DNA of 64,000 nucleotides, from positions 147,128,001 through 147,192,000 of the forward strand of contig CM059432.1 in assembly GCA_030390025.1 (NCBI GenBank), written 5' to 3'. The notes under the pieces are model-generated. The model made no database searches and was not told the DNA's origin. It saw nothing but the letters and a program-made list of their open reading frames with translations. A program made the translations under genes and the position numbers. The DNA comes from Squalus acanthias. Taxonomy: Eukaryota. This document shows, in pieces, positions 1 to 11,319 of this stretch. Each line of letters opens with the position of its first letter. Within the stretch, counting starts at the first letter, position 1.

Positions 1-655
1 GTACACTACAAACAGCAAAGGACCCAGCACTGATCCCTGCGGTACACCACTGGGCACAGGCTTCCAGTCACAAAAACAACCTTCGACCATCACCCTCTGC
101 CTCCTACCACTAAGCCAATTTTGGATCCAATGTGCCAAATTGCCCTGGATCCCATGGGCTCTTACCTTCTTGACCAGTCTCCCATGCTGGACTTTGTCAA
201 AAGCCTTACTGAAGTCCATGTAGACTACATCAGCTGCACTACCCTCATCCACACACCTAGTCACCTCCTCGAAAAATTCAATCAAATTGGTTAGACATGA
301 TCTCCCCCTGACAAAGCCATGCTGACTATCCTTGATTAATCCTTGCCTCTCCAAGTGGAGACTAATTCTGTCCCTCAGAATTTTTTCCAATAATTTCCCT
401 ACCACCGATGTTAGGCTCACTGGCCTGTAATTCCCTGGTTTATCCCTACTACCCTTCTTGAATAATGGTACTACGTTAGCTGTCCTCCAGTCCTCTGGCA
501 CCTCCCCTGTGGCCAGAAAGGTTCTGAAAATTTGTGTCAGAGCCCCTGCAATCTCCTCCCTTGCCTCACACAGCAGCCTGGGATACATCTCGTCTGGGCC
601 TGGGGATTTATCCACTTTTAAGCCCACTAAAACCACTAGTACCTCAGCCCTCTCC
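1..655 (-). mobile_element. CR1 LINE ORF2 (RT) fragment, runs off the window start
   Basis: The minus strand translates to KSPGPDEMYPRLL ... [11 protein letters not shown], typical of CR1 RT. Confidence 0.9.
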
Positions 656-660
656 AGTAG

Positions 661-712
661 TGACCTGCTCCAGCGCCTATTTCTTATGTTCTTATGTTCC
701 TATGTTCTTATG
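661..712 (+). repeat. Very short CR1-type 3' tail with (TTCTTATG)n
   Basis: Four TTC(T/C)TATG octamers, like the tails of the CR1 copies ending near 26660, 32640 and 38561. Confidence 0.7.
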
Positions 713-2820
713 AATGTTTAGGGTGGTGGATGGGATACCAATCAAGCGGGCTGCTTTGTCCTGGATGGTGTTGAGCTTCTTGAGTGTTGTTGGAGCTGCA
801 CTCATCCAGACAAGCAGCGAGTATTCCATCACACTCCTGAAGATGGTTGGACCTAGGACACTGCCCTGAGGAACTCCTGCAGCAATGTCCGAGGGCTGAG
901 ATGATTGGCCTCCAACAACCACAATCATCTTCCTTTGTGCTAGGCATGACTCCAGCCAGTGGAGAGTTTTCCCCCTGATTCCCACTGACTTCAGTTTTAC
1001 TAGGGCTCCTTGATGCCACACCCGGTCAAATGCTGCCTTGATGTCAAGGGCAGTCACTCTCACCTCACCTCTGGAATTCAGCTCCTTTGTCCATGTTTGG
1101 ACCAAGGCTGTAATGAGGTCTGGAGCAGAGTGGCCCTGGCGGAACCCAAACTGAGCTTCAGTGAGCAGGTTATTGGTGAGTAAGTGCCTCTTAATTACAC
1201 TGTCGATGACACCTTCCATCACTTTGCTGATGATAGAGAGTAGACTGATGGGGCGTTAAATGGCCAGATGCATTTGTCCTGGTTTTTGTGGACAGGACAT
1301 ACCTGGGCAATTTTCCATTTTGTCGTGTAGATGCTAGTGTTGTAGCTGTACTGGAACAGCTTGGCTAGAGGTGCAGCTAGTTCTGGAGTACAAGTCTTCA
1401 GCGCTACAGCCGGGATGTTGTCGGGGCCCATAGACTTTGCTGTATCCAGTGCGCTTAGCTGTTTCTTGATATCACGTGGAGTGAATTGAATTGGCTGAAG
1501 ACTGGCTTTTCTGATGATGGGGACCTCAGGAGGAGGCCGATATGGATCATCCACTCAGCACTTCTGGCTGAAGATGGTTGCAAACACTTCAGCCTTGTCT
1601 TTTTCACTCACGTGTTGGCTCCGCCATCATTGAGGATAGAGATGTTCATGGAGCCTCCTCCTCCCATTAGTTGTTTAATTGTCCACCACCATTCACAACT
1701 GGATGTGGCAGGACTGCAGAGCTTTGATCTGATCTGTTGATTGTGGGATCACTTAGCTCTTTCTATAACATGCTGCTTCCGCTTTTTAGCATGCATGTAG
1801 TCCTGTGTTGTAGCTTCACCTGGTTGGCACCTAATTTTTAGGTATGGCTGGTGCTGCTCCTGGCATGCTCTTCTATATTCCTCATTGAACCAGGACTGTT
1901 CCCCTGGCTTGATGGAAATGGTTGAGTGAGATTACTGATTGTAACCTCTGCTGCTGCTGATGGCCCACGGTGCCTCATGGATGCCCAGTTTTGAGCTGCT
2001 AGATCTGTTCTGAATCTATCGCATTTAGCGCAGGTGGTAGTGCCACACAACACGATGGAGGGTGTCCTCAGTGTGAAGATGGGACTTCGTCTCCACAAGG
2101 ACTGTGTGGTGGTCACTCCTACCAATATTGTCATTCACAGATGCATCTGCGACAGGTAGATTGGTGAGCACAAGGTCAACCAGGTTTTTCCCTCATGCTG
2201 GTTCTCTCACCATCTGCCACTGGCCCTCTCTGGCAGCTATGTCCTTCAGGACTTGGCCAGCTCGGTCAGCAGTGGTGCTACAGAGCCACTCTTGGTGATG
2301 GACATTGAAGTCCCCCAACCAGAGTACATTCTGTGCCCTTGCTACCCTCAGTGCTTCTTCCAAGTGGTGTTCTACATGGAGCAGTACTGATTCATCAGCT
2401 GAGGGCGGGCGGTGGGAGTAATCAGCAGGATGTTTCCTTGCCCATGTTTCACCTGGTAACATGAGACTTCATGGGCTCAATGTTGAGGACTCCCAGGGCC
2501 ACTCCTTCCCCACTGTATACCACTGTGCCGCCACCTTTGGTGGGTCTGTCCTGCCGGTGGGACAGGACATTCCCAGGGATGGTGATGGAGAAATCTGGGA
2601 CATTGGCTGAAAGGTATGATTCTGTGACTATGAGTATGTCAGGCTGTTGCTTGACTAATCTGTGAGACAGCTCTCCCAATTTTGGCACAAGTCCCCAGAT
2701 GTTAGTGAGGAGGACTTTGCATTGTTGACTGGGCTGACTGTGTGTGCGAATCTGGTGCCTAGGATGATGCTGGATGGTCCATTTTTATTCTTATTGCTTT
2801 TCCTAGCAGTTTGATACAAC
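713..2820 (-). mobile_element. Non-LTR retrotransposon (CR1/L2 group, distinct from the common CR1), degraded single EN-RT ORF with an internal RT deletion
   Basis: The APE endonuclease starts at about 2720 (KVLLTNIWGLVPKLGEL..QPDILIVTESYL, later GDFNVHH). It is followed by KSMGPDNIP, QFGFRQGHS, ALDIKAAFDRVWH and [10 protein letters not shown], with several frameshifts. Confidence 0.9.
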
Positions 2821-3135
2821 TGAGCGGCTTGCTCGGCCATTTCAGAGGGCAGTTAAGAGTCAACCCCATTGCTGAGGGTCTGGAGTCACATATAGCCCAG
2901 ACCAGATAAGGACGGCAAGTTTCCTTCCCTACAGGTGATTAGTGAACCAGATGGGTTTTTACGACAATCCAGTAGTTTCATGGTCACCATTACTGATGCT
3001 AGCTTTTTATTCCAGATTTATTTAATTAACTGAATTTAAATTCCCCAGCTGCCGTGGTGGGATTTGGACTCATATCTTCATTAGTTCAGGCCTCTGGATT
3101 ACCAGTCCATTAACTTAACCACTCTGCTCCTGTTC
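2821..3135 (-). mobile_element. tRNA-derived SINE-like head, contiguous with and co-oriented to the 5' end of the LINE
   Basis: The minus strand reads GCAGAGTGGTTAAG (A-box-like, about 3115-3128) and GAGTCCAAATCCC (B-box-like, 3059-3071). No tail or poly-A separates it from the EN start. Confidence 0.7.
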
Positions 3136-3139
3136 CTGC

Positions 3140-5130
3140 AGTGTCTCTCTGTCCCTTTTTACTTTCTGCTTCCATCTGCACAACTTACTGTTGCTCCTAA
3201 TTTAGTGTCAGCTGCAAACTTGAATATACCACTCACTATTCCATCAAAGTCTTTGACATACGTGGTGAAAAGCTGAGGCCCCAGTTCAGATCCCAGAGGA
3301 ACACCACTTGTCACATTCCACCAATCTGAGGACTTTCCCTTTATCCCTACTCTCTGTTTCCTACCGCCCAACCAATTATCAACCCATGACCTAAGTTTAC
3401 CACCAATTCCATGCACTCTAGTAATCGCTTGTTCGGAAACATATCGGGCTGGATTTTGATACTGGGGCGGGTTGGGGTCATGTCATCCACTTTTCGTGTT
3501 ATCCACCTGACTGCAATTGGATGTGGGAGATTGATGCAATTTTCACCTAATTGGGCAATTGAGTTCCAGCATGTGGGAACCCATGAACCAATTAATGTTT
3601 TCAGTCTGAAAGTCGCCTCTGATGATGTCATCGTTGCTGCTGCATTGAAGGTCTTCAGAGACTGCCTGGCCTTTGCTGTGAGAGGACCTGGAGGCAAAAT
3701 GAGCAGCAGCAGCCCTAGGTCTGCTCCCAGATATTTTTCCTACTACTACTACTCCGTTGTAATAGTGGACCTGCAGCTGATAGTCAGCTATCTAAATGTG
3801 CTCTCGCCAGGTTTCACATTCGTGGTTCAGAACAGGCGTGCTTCACGGAGAACAAGGGTTAAAATCACAAAGGCCTTTCAAAATGGCATTATAGAGCCAA
3901 TGTAGTGCTTGTTAAGGGCCTTAACAGCCTATCCCGCCTCTTAAAGGTGGGACAGAGTCGGGACCAGCAGACACGATTTAATGAAAATTGCGTGGCGGCG
4001 GGATGGAGGTGGACTTGTGCCCGCCCGCCAGTTTTCGCAATTTTAACCCCCCACACGCCTCCAAACCCGCCTCCACGGGAAAATCCAGCCCATCAAATGC
4101 CTTCTGGAAGTCCACACAGACAACGTCCATAGACAATCCCCTGTCCACCTTGTAAGTGACCTTGTAAAAAAATTCAACTAGATGTCCCACCCTTCACAAA
4201 TCTATTCTGATTCTCTATGATCAGCTCATACTTGTTCAAATGCTCAGTCACTCTGTCCTTGAAGACAGATTCTAATAATTTCCCTACAACTTATGTTAAA
4301 CTGACAGGTCTGTAATTTCCTGGTTTCGTTCTCCCTCCTGTCTTAAATAATGGAGTGACATTTGCAATTTTCCAATTCAAGGGCACAATTGCCGAATCTA
4401 GAGAGCTTTGAAAAATTATGACTAACACATCTACAATTTCCCACCTCTTTCTTTTAATATCCTAGGGTGAAAACCATCAGGTCCTGGAGACTTGTTTACC
4501 TTAAGTCCTATTATTTTCTCCATTAACATTTTTTAACTATTAAATCTACTATGTTGCTCCTGTTCACTTATTTTTAGGTTCCCTTGTACTGCTGGCATTT
4601 TGTCTTCTTTTTCTACTGTGAAAATAAATACAAAGTATTTATTTATCAAGTTTGCCATTTATTTATTATCCATTATAGACTAAACTGCATCTGGCTTTAA
4701 TGGGCCTAAATATAAAAAACCTTTACTGTTAGCTTTGATATCTCTTGCATACTCCCTAATTCCACCTCTTATTACTTTCTTTATGTCCCTTTGTTGTTTT
4801 TATAGCTCTCCCAGTTTGCTGGATTTCCACTTGTCCTTACATTTATGTAAGCCTTTTCTTTTAGCTAAGCTTCTCTTACCCTGTTTGTTGACCGTGGTTC
4901 CATAAATAAACAAGTGTAGGTTTTGCCTTTTAGGCGTAAATATTGTTTTTTTTTATTATACCAAATGCTTCTTTGAATACTTTCAACCATTTGTCTGTAG
5001 GTTTACAGATTAACAGCTCAGCCCAGTTTACTGTGGTTAATTTATTCCCTTCGAAGTTTGCTTTACTTACATTTAAATTGATTTGTGACTCTCGATTCTC
5101 CCTCTCAAACCTAATATCAAAGTCAATCAT
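3140..5130 (-). mobile_element. Old CR1 LINE ORF2 fragment, split by a MITE
   Basis: VTSGVPLGSELGPQLF..KFAADTKLG (ORF 3159-3416) and DVVCVDFQKAFD (4092-4190) rejoin when 3446-4091 is removed. Confidence 0.85.
3446..4091. mobile_element. PIF/Harbinger-type MITE (GGGCTGGATTTT TIR family)
   Basis: Perfect 12-bp TIR GGGCTGGATTTT / AAAATCCAGCCC and 3-bp TSD ATC (3443-3445, 4092-4094). Subterminal sequence is shared with 33859-39128. Confidence 0.9.
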
Positions 5131-5132
5131 AT

Positions 5133-8100
5133 TCATAGAATCATCAAATACTACAGCATAGAGGGAGGCCATTCAGCCCATCGAGTCTGCGCCGACTCTT
5201 TCGAAGAGCAACCCAGTTACTCCCACTCCCCCGCTCTTTCCCCAGATCCTGCAATTTTTTTTCCTTCAAGTATTTATCCAATTCCCTTTATGAAGGCTAC
5301 TATTGAATCTGTATCCACCGCCCTACCAGGCAGTGCATTCCAAATCCTAACCACTCGTTGCGTAAAAAAGATTTCCCTCGTGTCGCCTCTAGTTCATTTG
5401 CCAAACCATCTTAAATCTGTGCCCTCTGGTTATCGTCCCTTCATCCATTGGAAACAGTTTCTCTTTATCCCATGGGATTCAATTTTGCTCACAAGCCTAG
5501 TATGTGGGACTTTATCAAACGCCTTTTGAGAGTTTATACACACAACATCAACTGCACTGCCCTCATCCACTCTCTGTTACCTCATCAAAAGACTCAATCA
5601 AGTTAGTCAAACATGATTTGCCCTACACAGATCCATGCTGATTCTCCTTTATTAGTCCATGCTTGTCCAAGTGGCTGTTCATTTTCTCCCGGATTATTGT
5701 TTCTAAAACTTCCCCACCACCGACGTTAAACTGACTGGCCTGTAATTGCCGGGTTTATCCTTCTCCCCTTTTTTGAACAAGGGTGTAACATTTGCAATGC
5801 TCCAGTCCTTTGGCACCACCCCCTGTACCTAAGGAGGATTGGAAGATGTGGCCAGCACCTCTGCAATTTCTACCCTTATTTTCCTCAGCAACCTAGGATG
5901 CATCCCATCCGGACCGGGTGACTTATCCACTTTAATTACTGCCAACCTTTCTAGTACCTCCCCTTTATTTTTACCTCATACAGTATCCCAGTAACTTCCT
6001 CATTTGCTTTGGCAAAGTCCTCTTCCTTGGTAAACACCGATGCCAAGTATTCATTTAGTATCTCAGCCACATTCTGCCTCCACCAGTACGTCTTCCTTTT
6101 GATCCCTAATTGTCCCCACTGCTCCTCTGACGATCCTTTTACTGTTAATATGCCTGCAGAAGACCTTTGGATTCCCTTTTATGTTAACCGCCAATCTATG
6201 CTCATACTGTCTCTTTGCCCCTCTTATTTCCTTTTCCACTTCTCCTCTGTACTTTTTATATTCAGCCTGATTCTCCCTTGTATTATCAAGCTGACATCTG
6301 GCATATGCCCCTTTTTCTGCTTCATCCTACTCTCTAACTATGTCATCCAGGAAACTCTGGTTTTGGGACCCCTCCCTTTCACCCTTGTGGGAATGTATCT
6401 AGAATGTACCCGAACCATCTCCTCTTTAAAGGCCACCATTGCTCCATTACCTTTCTGCCTGACAGTCTGGCTCCAATTTACCCAGGCCAGATCCCTCCTC
6501 AAGTCGCTGAAATTAGCCCTCCACCAGTTAAGTATTTTTATTCCAGATTGCTCCTTGTCCTTCTCCATAACTAATCTGAAATTTACTATACTATGATCAC
6601 TATTCCCAAGATGCTCCCTGACTATGACATTCTCCATTCGACCCATTTCATTCCCCAGGGCTAGATCAGGGCAGGAAACATACTGAGCAAGAAAATTCTC
6701 CTGAACACACTTCGGAAATTCCTCCCCTTCTCTCTCTCATAACACAATCACTGCCCCATTCAATATTGGGGTAGTTAAAGTCTCCCATTATCACTACTCT
6801 ATAGTTCTTGCACATCTCAGTAATTTATTTTTGCAAATCTGCTCCTCTATCTCCTTCCCACTATTTGGTGGCCTATAAAATACACCAAGTAACGTAATAG
6901 CTCCTTTATTGTTTCTTAACTCCAACCAAATAGATTCTGTCTTTGATCCCTCAAGGACATTCTCTTTTCTAGCACTGTAATATTTTCCGAAATGAAAATT
7001 GTTACCCCTCCTCCATTTTTTCCTTCCCTATCTTTCCTGAATACCTTGTACTCAGGAATATTAAGCATCCAATCCTCTCCTTGTTTGAGCCATGTCTCAG
7101 TTACTGCCACTACATCATATTCCCACATGGCTATTTACGCCTGCAGCTCACCAACCTTATTAACCACACTTTGTGCATTTACACATGCACTCCGAAACTA
7201 ACTTAGACCTCTTTTTATTTTCTAGGATCCCATCTAATTCTGTATTATTTCTAACTCTAACTGTCTCTCTCAGTCCTCTGTGCACCTTGTTTCTACTTTT
7301 TAAGACTACATCTTGGTGCCCAATCCCCTGATAAATTAGTTGAAACCCTCCCCCACTGCTCGAGTTAACTTGCCAGCAAGTATATTTGTCCCAGCGCTGT
7401 TCAGGTGTAACCCGTCCATCTTGAGCTGGTCCCTCCTGCCACGGAACTGGTCCCAATGTCCCAGGAATCTGAAGCCCTCCCTCCTGCACCATGTCTCTAG
7501 CCACGCATTAACCTGCCATATCCTTCTATTTCTACTCTCACTGGGCGTAAGATTGCTACCCTTGAGGTCCTGCTTTTTAACTACCTCCCTCGCTCCTTAA
7601 AATCTGACTGCAGGACCTTAACCCTCTTGTTAGTTCCGGCATGGACCCCGACTTCTGGCTCTGCCCCTTCCCCCCGCAGAATGTTCTACGCCCTCTCCGC
7701 GATGTCGCTTACCCTGGCACCAGGGAGGCAACATATCATATGGGTCTCACGTCGACAGTACCATAACTGCCTCTCAGTGCCCCTGACTATCGAATCCCTA
7801 ATGACTACTGTATTCCTACTCTTTGCTGTAGCCCCTGTGCAGTTCTCTGCCTCAGGGTGCCAGCCTCAGGACTGCAACTCCTTTGAGTTGTTGTCACCCT
7901 CTATATCAGTTTGAGAGTGTCACACACGCAAAAACTGCCGGCCTTCTCCTACCCTTCTGGGTGGCCTCCCACTTGCGATTCTGAACTCTATCTGGCTATG
8001 GGGTGACCACATCCTGGAACCTGCGACCCAGGAAACATTCAGCCACCCGTAGGCCCTGCAGTGAATCCAGCCGCCCCTCAAGCTCCGAAACCCTCAGCGT

Positions 8101-8390
8101 GAGCTCGAGCCGCTGGAGGCACTTCCTGCAAACATGGTCCTCCGGGACAGATGAAGCGTCCTGAAGTTCCCACATAGCGCAGGAATTGCAGGCTACCGGT
8201 CGCAGCTGTCCCTCCATTCTAATTAGAAACTTAAAATAAACTCATTAGATACAAGGTGATTATTGATATAATTGTTGTTAACTAGATCTAAACTGCCCAG
8301 CTATTTTTCTATTTGCTCCTCAAAGCGAACTAACCAAAGACTAACTCATCACTAACTCTAGTTGGGCCTTATCCCTTGTTGGTTCTAAAT
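5133..8390 (-). mobile_element. Near full-length CR1 LINE (ORF1 zinc finger/zipper plus esterase, ORF2 EN and partial RT, 3' tail), degraded and internally deleted
   Basis: ORF1: CNSCAMW..HVCRKC..LTLRVSELE (7996-8217) and VVIRDSIVRG..CCLPGARVSD (about 7700-7815). EN: YDVVAVTETWL and EHLGNSDHSIV. 3' tail near 5133-5180. Confidence 0.9.
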
Positions 8391-9205
8391 CATACAGTTC
8401 CAGCAAACTGTCCTGAATACATTCCAGAAGCCATTGCCTTTCCTACTTGAGCTCTTCTGGTTCTTACACTCTGTGTGATGTTGTTCAGTGGGAGAGGGGA
8501 AGGTGCTGCTGGAAGGGATGGGGCGATAGGGGAATCCCAGTAAGGTGCTCAGTGAGGGGTTGCTCGATATGCTGCTTAATTATGCGTGCACATCTGGAAG
8601 TGCTGCTCACTGACTGTGTATGGGGTGGGGTGGTTCTCAACATGGTTTCTGGTGGGTGGGGACGAGGCAGTGCACTATTGATTCGGGGGAGGGGGGACGT
8701 TGGAGGTACTACTCAGTCAGGTGGGGGGGTATTGATATTTTTCTGGTTTTAAATTGAGTTGATAAGATTCCCTTCAAAGATAGTGAACCCACTACTGTTT
8801 TGTAAACTGGCTTGGAGTCATGTAGAATTGATTGAGATCGAAACCTTGATATCTGCTGATGGAATTCTTTTAAACTCAGTGTCAGATGTACTTAAGCTCT
8901 TATGTGATTGTTTATCAAAGGCTTTCAAGACAAAATCAATTGAGAGCCTCTCTGTGTAATTGAAAAAGGAATCCCTAATGGGTTCATCAAGCAGCAATGG
9001 CTTTTTTTTTGTGTACTGAGATTAATCTTCTTTTTAATTAGTTCAAATTATGGGTGTTTTTTTGAGATGAAGACAATGAGTGACCCTTTGTAAAAAGGAA
9101 TGGGGTGAGTGTTGCATGCAGAGGAGTTGGAGATGTCAGAATAATTAACTGGTTGTGTTGGAACTGTGAGAAGCTGCTCATGATTACCTTCCATTTTCTC
9201 CAAAG

Positions 9206-9307
9206 GGAACTTCGGACCCTAGTAATTGAGATGGTCTTGGCAACTGATATGTCTTGTCACTTTCAACAACTCAAAGCTATGAAGCATTCCTTGCAGCAGC
9301 CAGAGGG
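9206..9307 (+). CDS. PDE1: PDE1-family phosphodiesterase, internal coding exon (ELRTLVIEMVLATDMSCHFQQLKAMKHSLQQPEG)
   Basis: ttttctccaaag acceptor and gtgagt donor; 102 bp, phase 2/2. The peptide carries the VIEMVLATDMSxHFQQ motif of the PDE1 catalytic domain. Paralog (A/B/C) not resolved. Confidence 0.95.
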
Positions 9308-10035
9308 GTGAGTCATCATTTGACAGTGGTCACCTCTTTCACCCATTTTGTCGCGTTGCTTTAACTACGATGTATTGTTTGTTCATTCTGAGCTCAAACT
9401 AAACTACATATGCTTTGTCGCATACTGTTAATCACCAATTCTCCCGACTCGGGGGCGGGGCTGTACGAGTTTGAATCCCAGCCTCAAATGTCATTTGAAC
9501 TTTTCCCTGCTGAGAAAAATGGCGTGGATTTCAGCTACTCTTTGAGATGCACTGCTGCTTCTTGATGTCTGGTGCCTTTGTGGCAAGATGCTGCTGAAGG
9601 AAGCCTGGCAGGACCAGTTGCACCTCACCTTCAGAAGGCCCATCTTTTCATTGGTAAGATGTTAAAGGCAGTCATGGAGGAGTATCCAACCCTGATTTTA
9701 CAGTGTAAACATGACCATGGTAAGCAGTCAGTCTATTCAGCTATTTAAATCAATAAAACCTCGCTTACCATTTAACTCCCCGCCTTCTGGTGCCGGCCCG
9801 TCCTTTCACCGCAGTGGTTAGAGAAAGAATATATTATGAAAATTTCAATGAAATGAAATCAGATAGAGTTCTGATCTGTCAGATATGGGTTTGTATGGTA
9901 AGCAAGGAAGGTCTTAGGACTTGGCATGAGCAAGCAGTAAGTGTGCAGCAGGTTGACAGGCAACCCTTTGTGGCCTGCACACTTGGACTGCCTACCTGGT
10001 ATATGGTATTGTTGGGTAGCTGTGCCTTGACATAT

Positions 10036-11160
10036 TACATAGAATTTAACAGCACAGAAACAGGCCATTTGGCCCAACAGGTCTATGCCAGTGCTTATAC
10101 TCCACACGAGCATCGTCCCACCCTGCGTCATCTCACCCTATCAATATATCCTTCTCTTCCTTGCTCCCTCATGTACTTATTTAGCTTTGCCTTAAATCCA
10201 TCTATACTATTCGCCTCAACCACTCCCTGTGGTAGTAAGTTCCCATTCTCACCACTCTCCTTGTAAAGAAGTTTCTCCTGAATTCCCTAGTGGATTTATT
10301 AGTGACTATTTTATATTTATGGCCCCTAGTTTTGGACTCTCCCACAAGTAGAAACATCCTCACTACTACATAAATAGAGGTATTGAGTACAAAAGTAGAG
10401 AAGTTATGCTGAACCTTTATAAAGCGCTGGTTAGGCCACAACTGGAGTATTGCGTCCAGTTCTGGTCACCACACTTTAGGAAGGATGTGAAGGCCCTTGA
10501 GAGGGTGCAGAGGAGATTTACCAGAATGGTTCCGGGGATGGGGGATCTTAGCTACAAGGACAGGTTGGAGAAGCTGGATTTGTTTTCATTGGAGCAAAGG
10601 AGGTTGAGGGGCGATTTGATAGAGGTGTACAAGATTCTTACGGGTTTGGATAGGCTAGACGGGGAAAGGCTGTTCCCACTAGTTGATGGTACAAGGACTA
10701 GGGGACACAGATTTAAGGTTTTGGGCAAGAGATACAGGGGGGTATGTGAGGAAAAACTATTTTATGCAGCGAGTGGTGAGGACCTGGAATTTGCTGCCGA
10801 CAGAAGTGGTGGAAGCGGAGACACTCAATGTTTTCAAGGGGAGACTGGATAGGCACTTGAGGGAAATAAACTTGCAGGGCTATGGGGATAGAGCGGGGGA
10901 ATGGGACTGACTGGATTGCTGTACAGAGAGCCGGCACGGACTCGATGGGACAAATGGCCTCCTTCTGTGCCGTTATGACTCTATGACCCTATCATACACC
11001 TTCATAACTTTAAAGACCTCTATCACCTCTCGGTCTTCTCTTTTCTAGAGAAAAGAACCCCACCCTCTTCAGTCTTTCCTGATAGTTGTACTCTCTTTGT
11101 TCTGGTACCATCCTTGTAAATCTTTCTTGCACTTTCTCCAGTGCTTCTATATCCTTTTTA
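10036..11160 (-). mobile_element. CR1 3' fragment (10036-10365 and 10987-11160) interrupted by a second CR1
   Basis: KKDIEALEKVQERFTRMVP..FSLEKRR (11020-11160) continues as GESKTRGHKYKI (about 10300-10350). Confidence 0.8.
10368..10986 (+). mobile_element. 5'-truncated CR1 LINE
   Basis: [30 protein letters not shown]; ends in a TATGACTCTATGA tail. Confidence 0.92.
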
Positions 11161-11319
11161 ACATTTCTGAAATTCTTCCATCTTTTTCTGTATCTTTTGC
11201 CATCAGGTCCTGCAGCCACCACCTCCCGCCAGGTATTTTGCACTGCTGTCCCCTGAAGTACCAAAGAAGTAAACTATCTCACACGCACCTCTGGAAGCAA
11301 CACTTCCCCTTCATCTAGA

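Noticed and set aside
9105..9205. N-terminal part of ORF 9105-9311
   Set aside because: Intronic read-through upstream of the acceptor at 9205; only 9206-9307 resembles PDE1.
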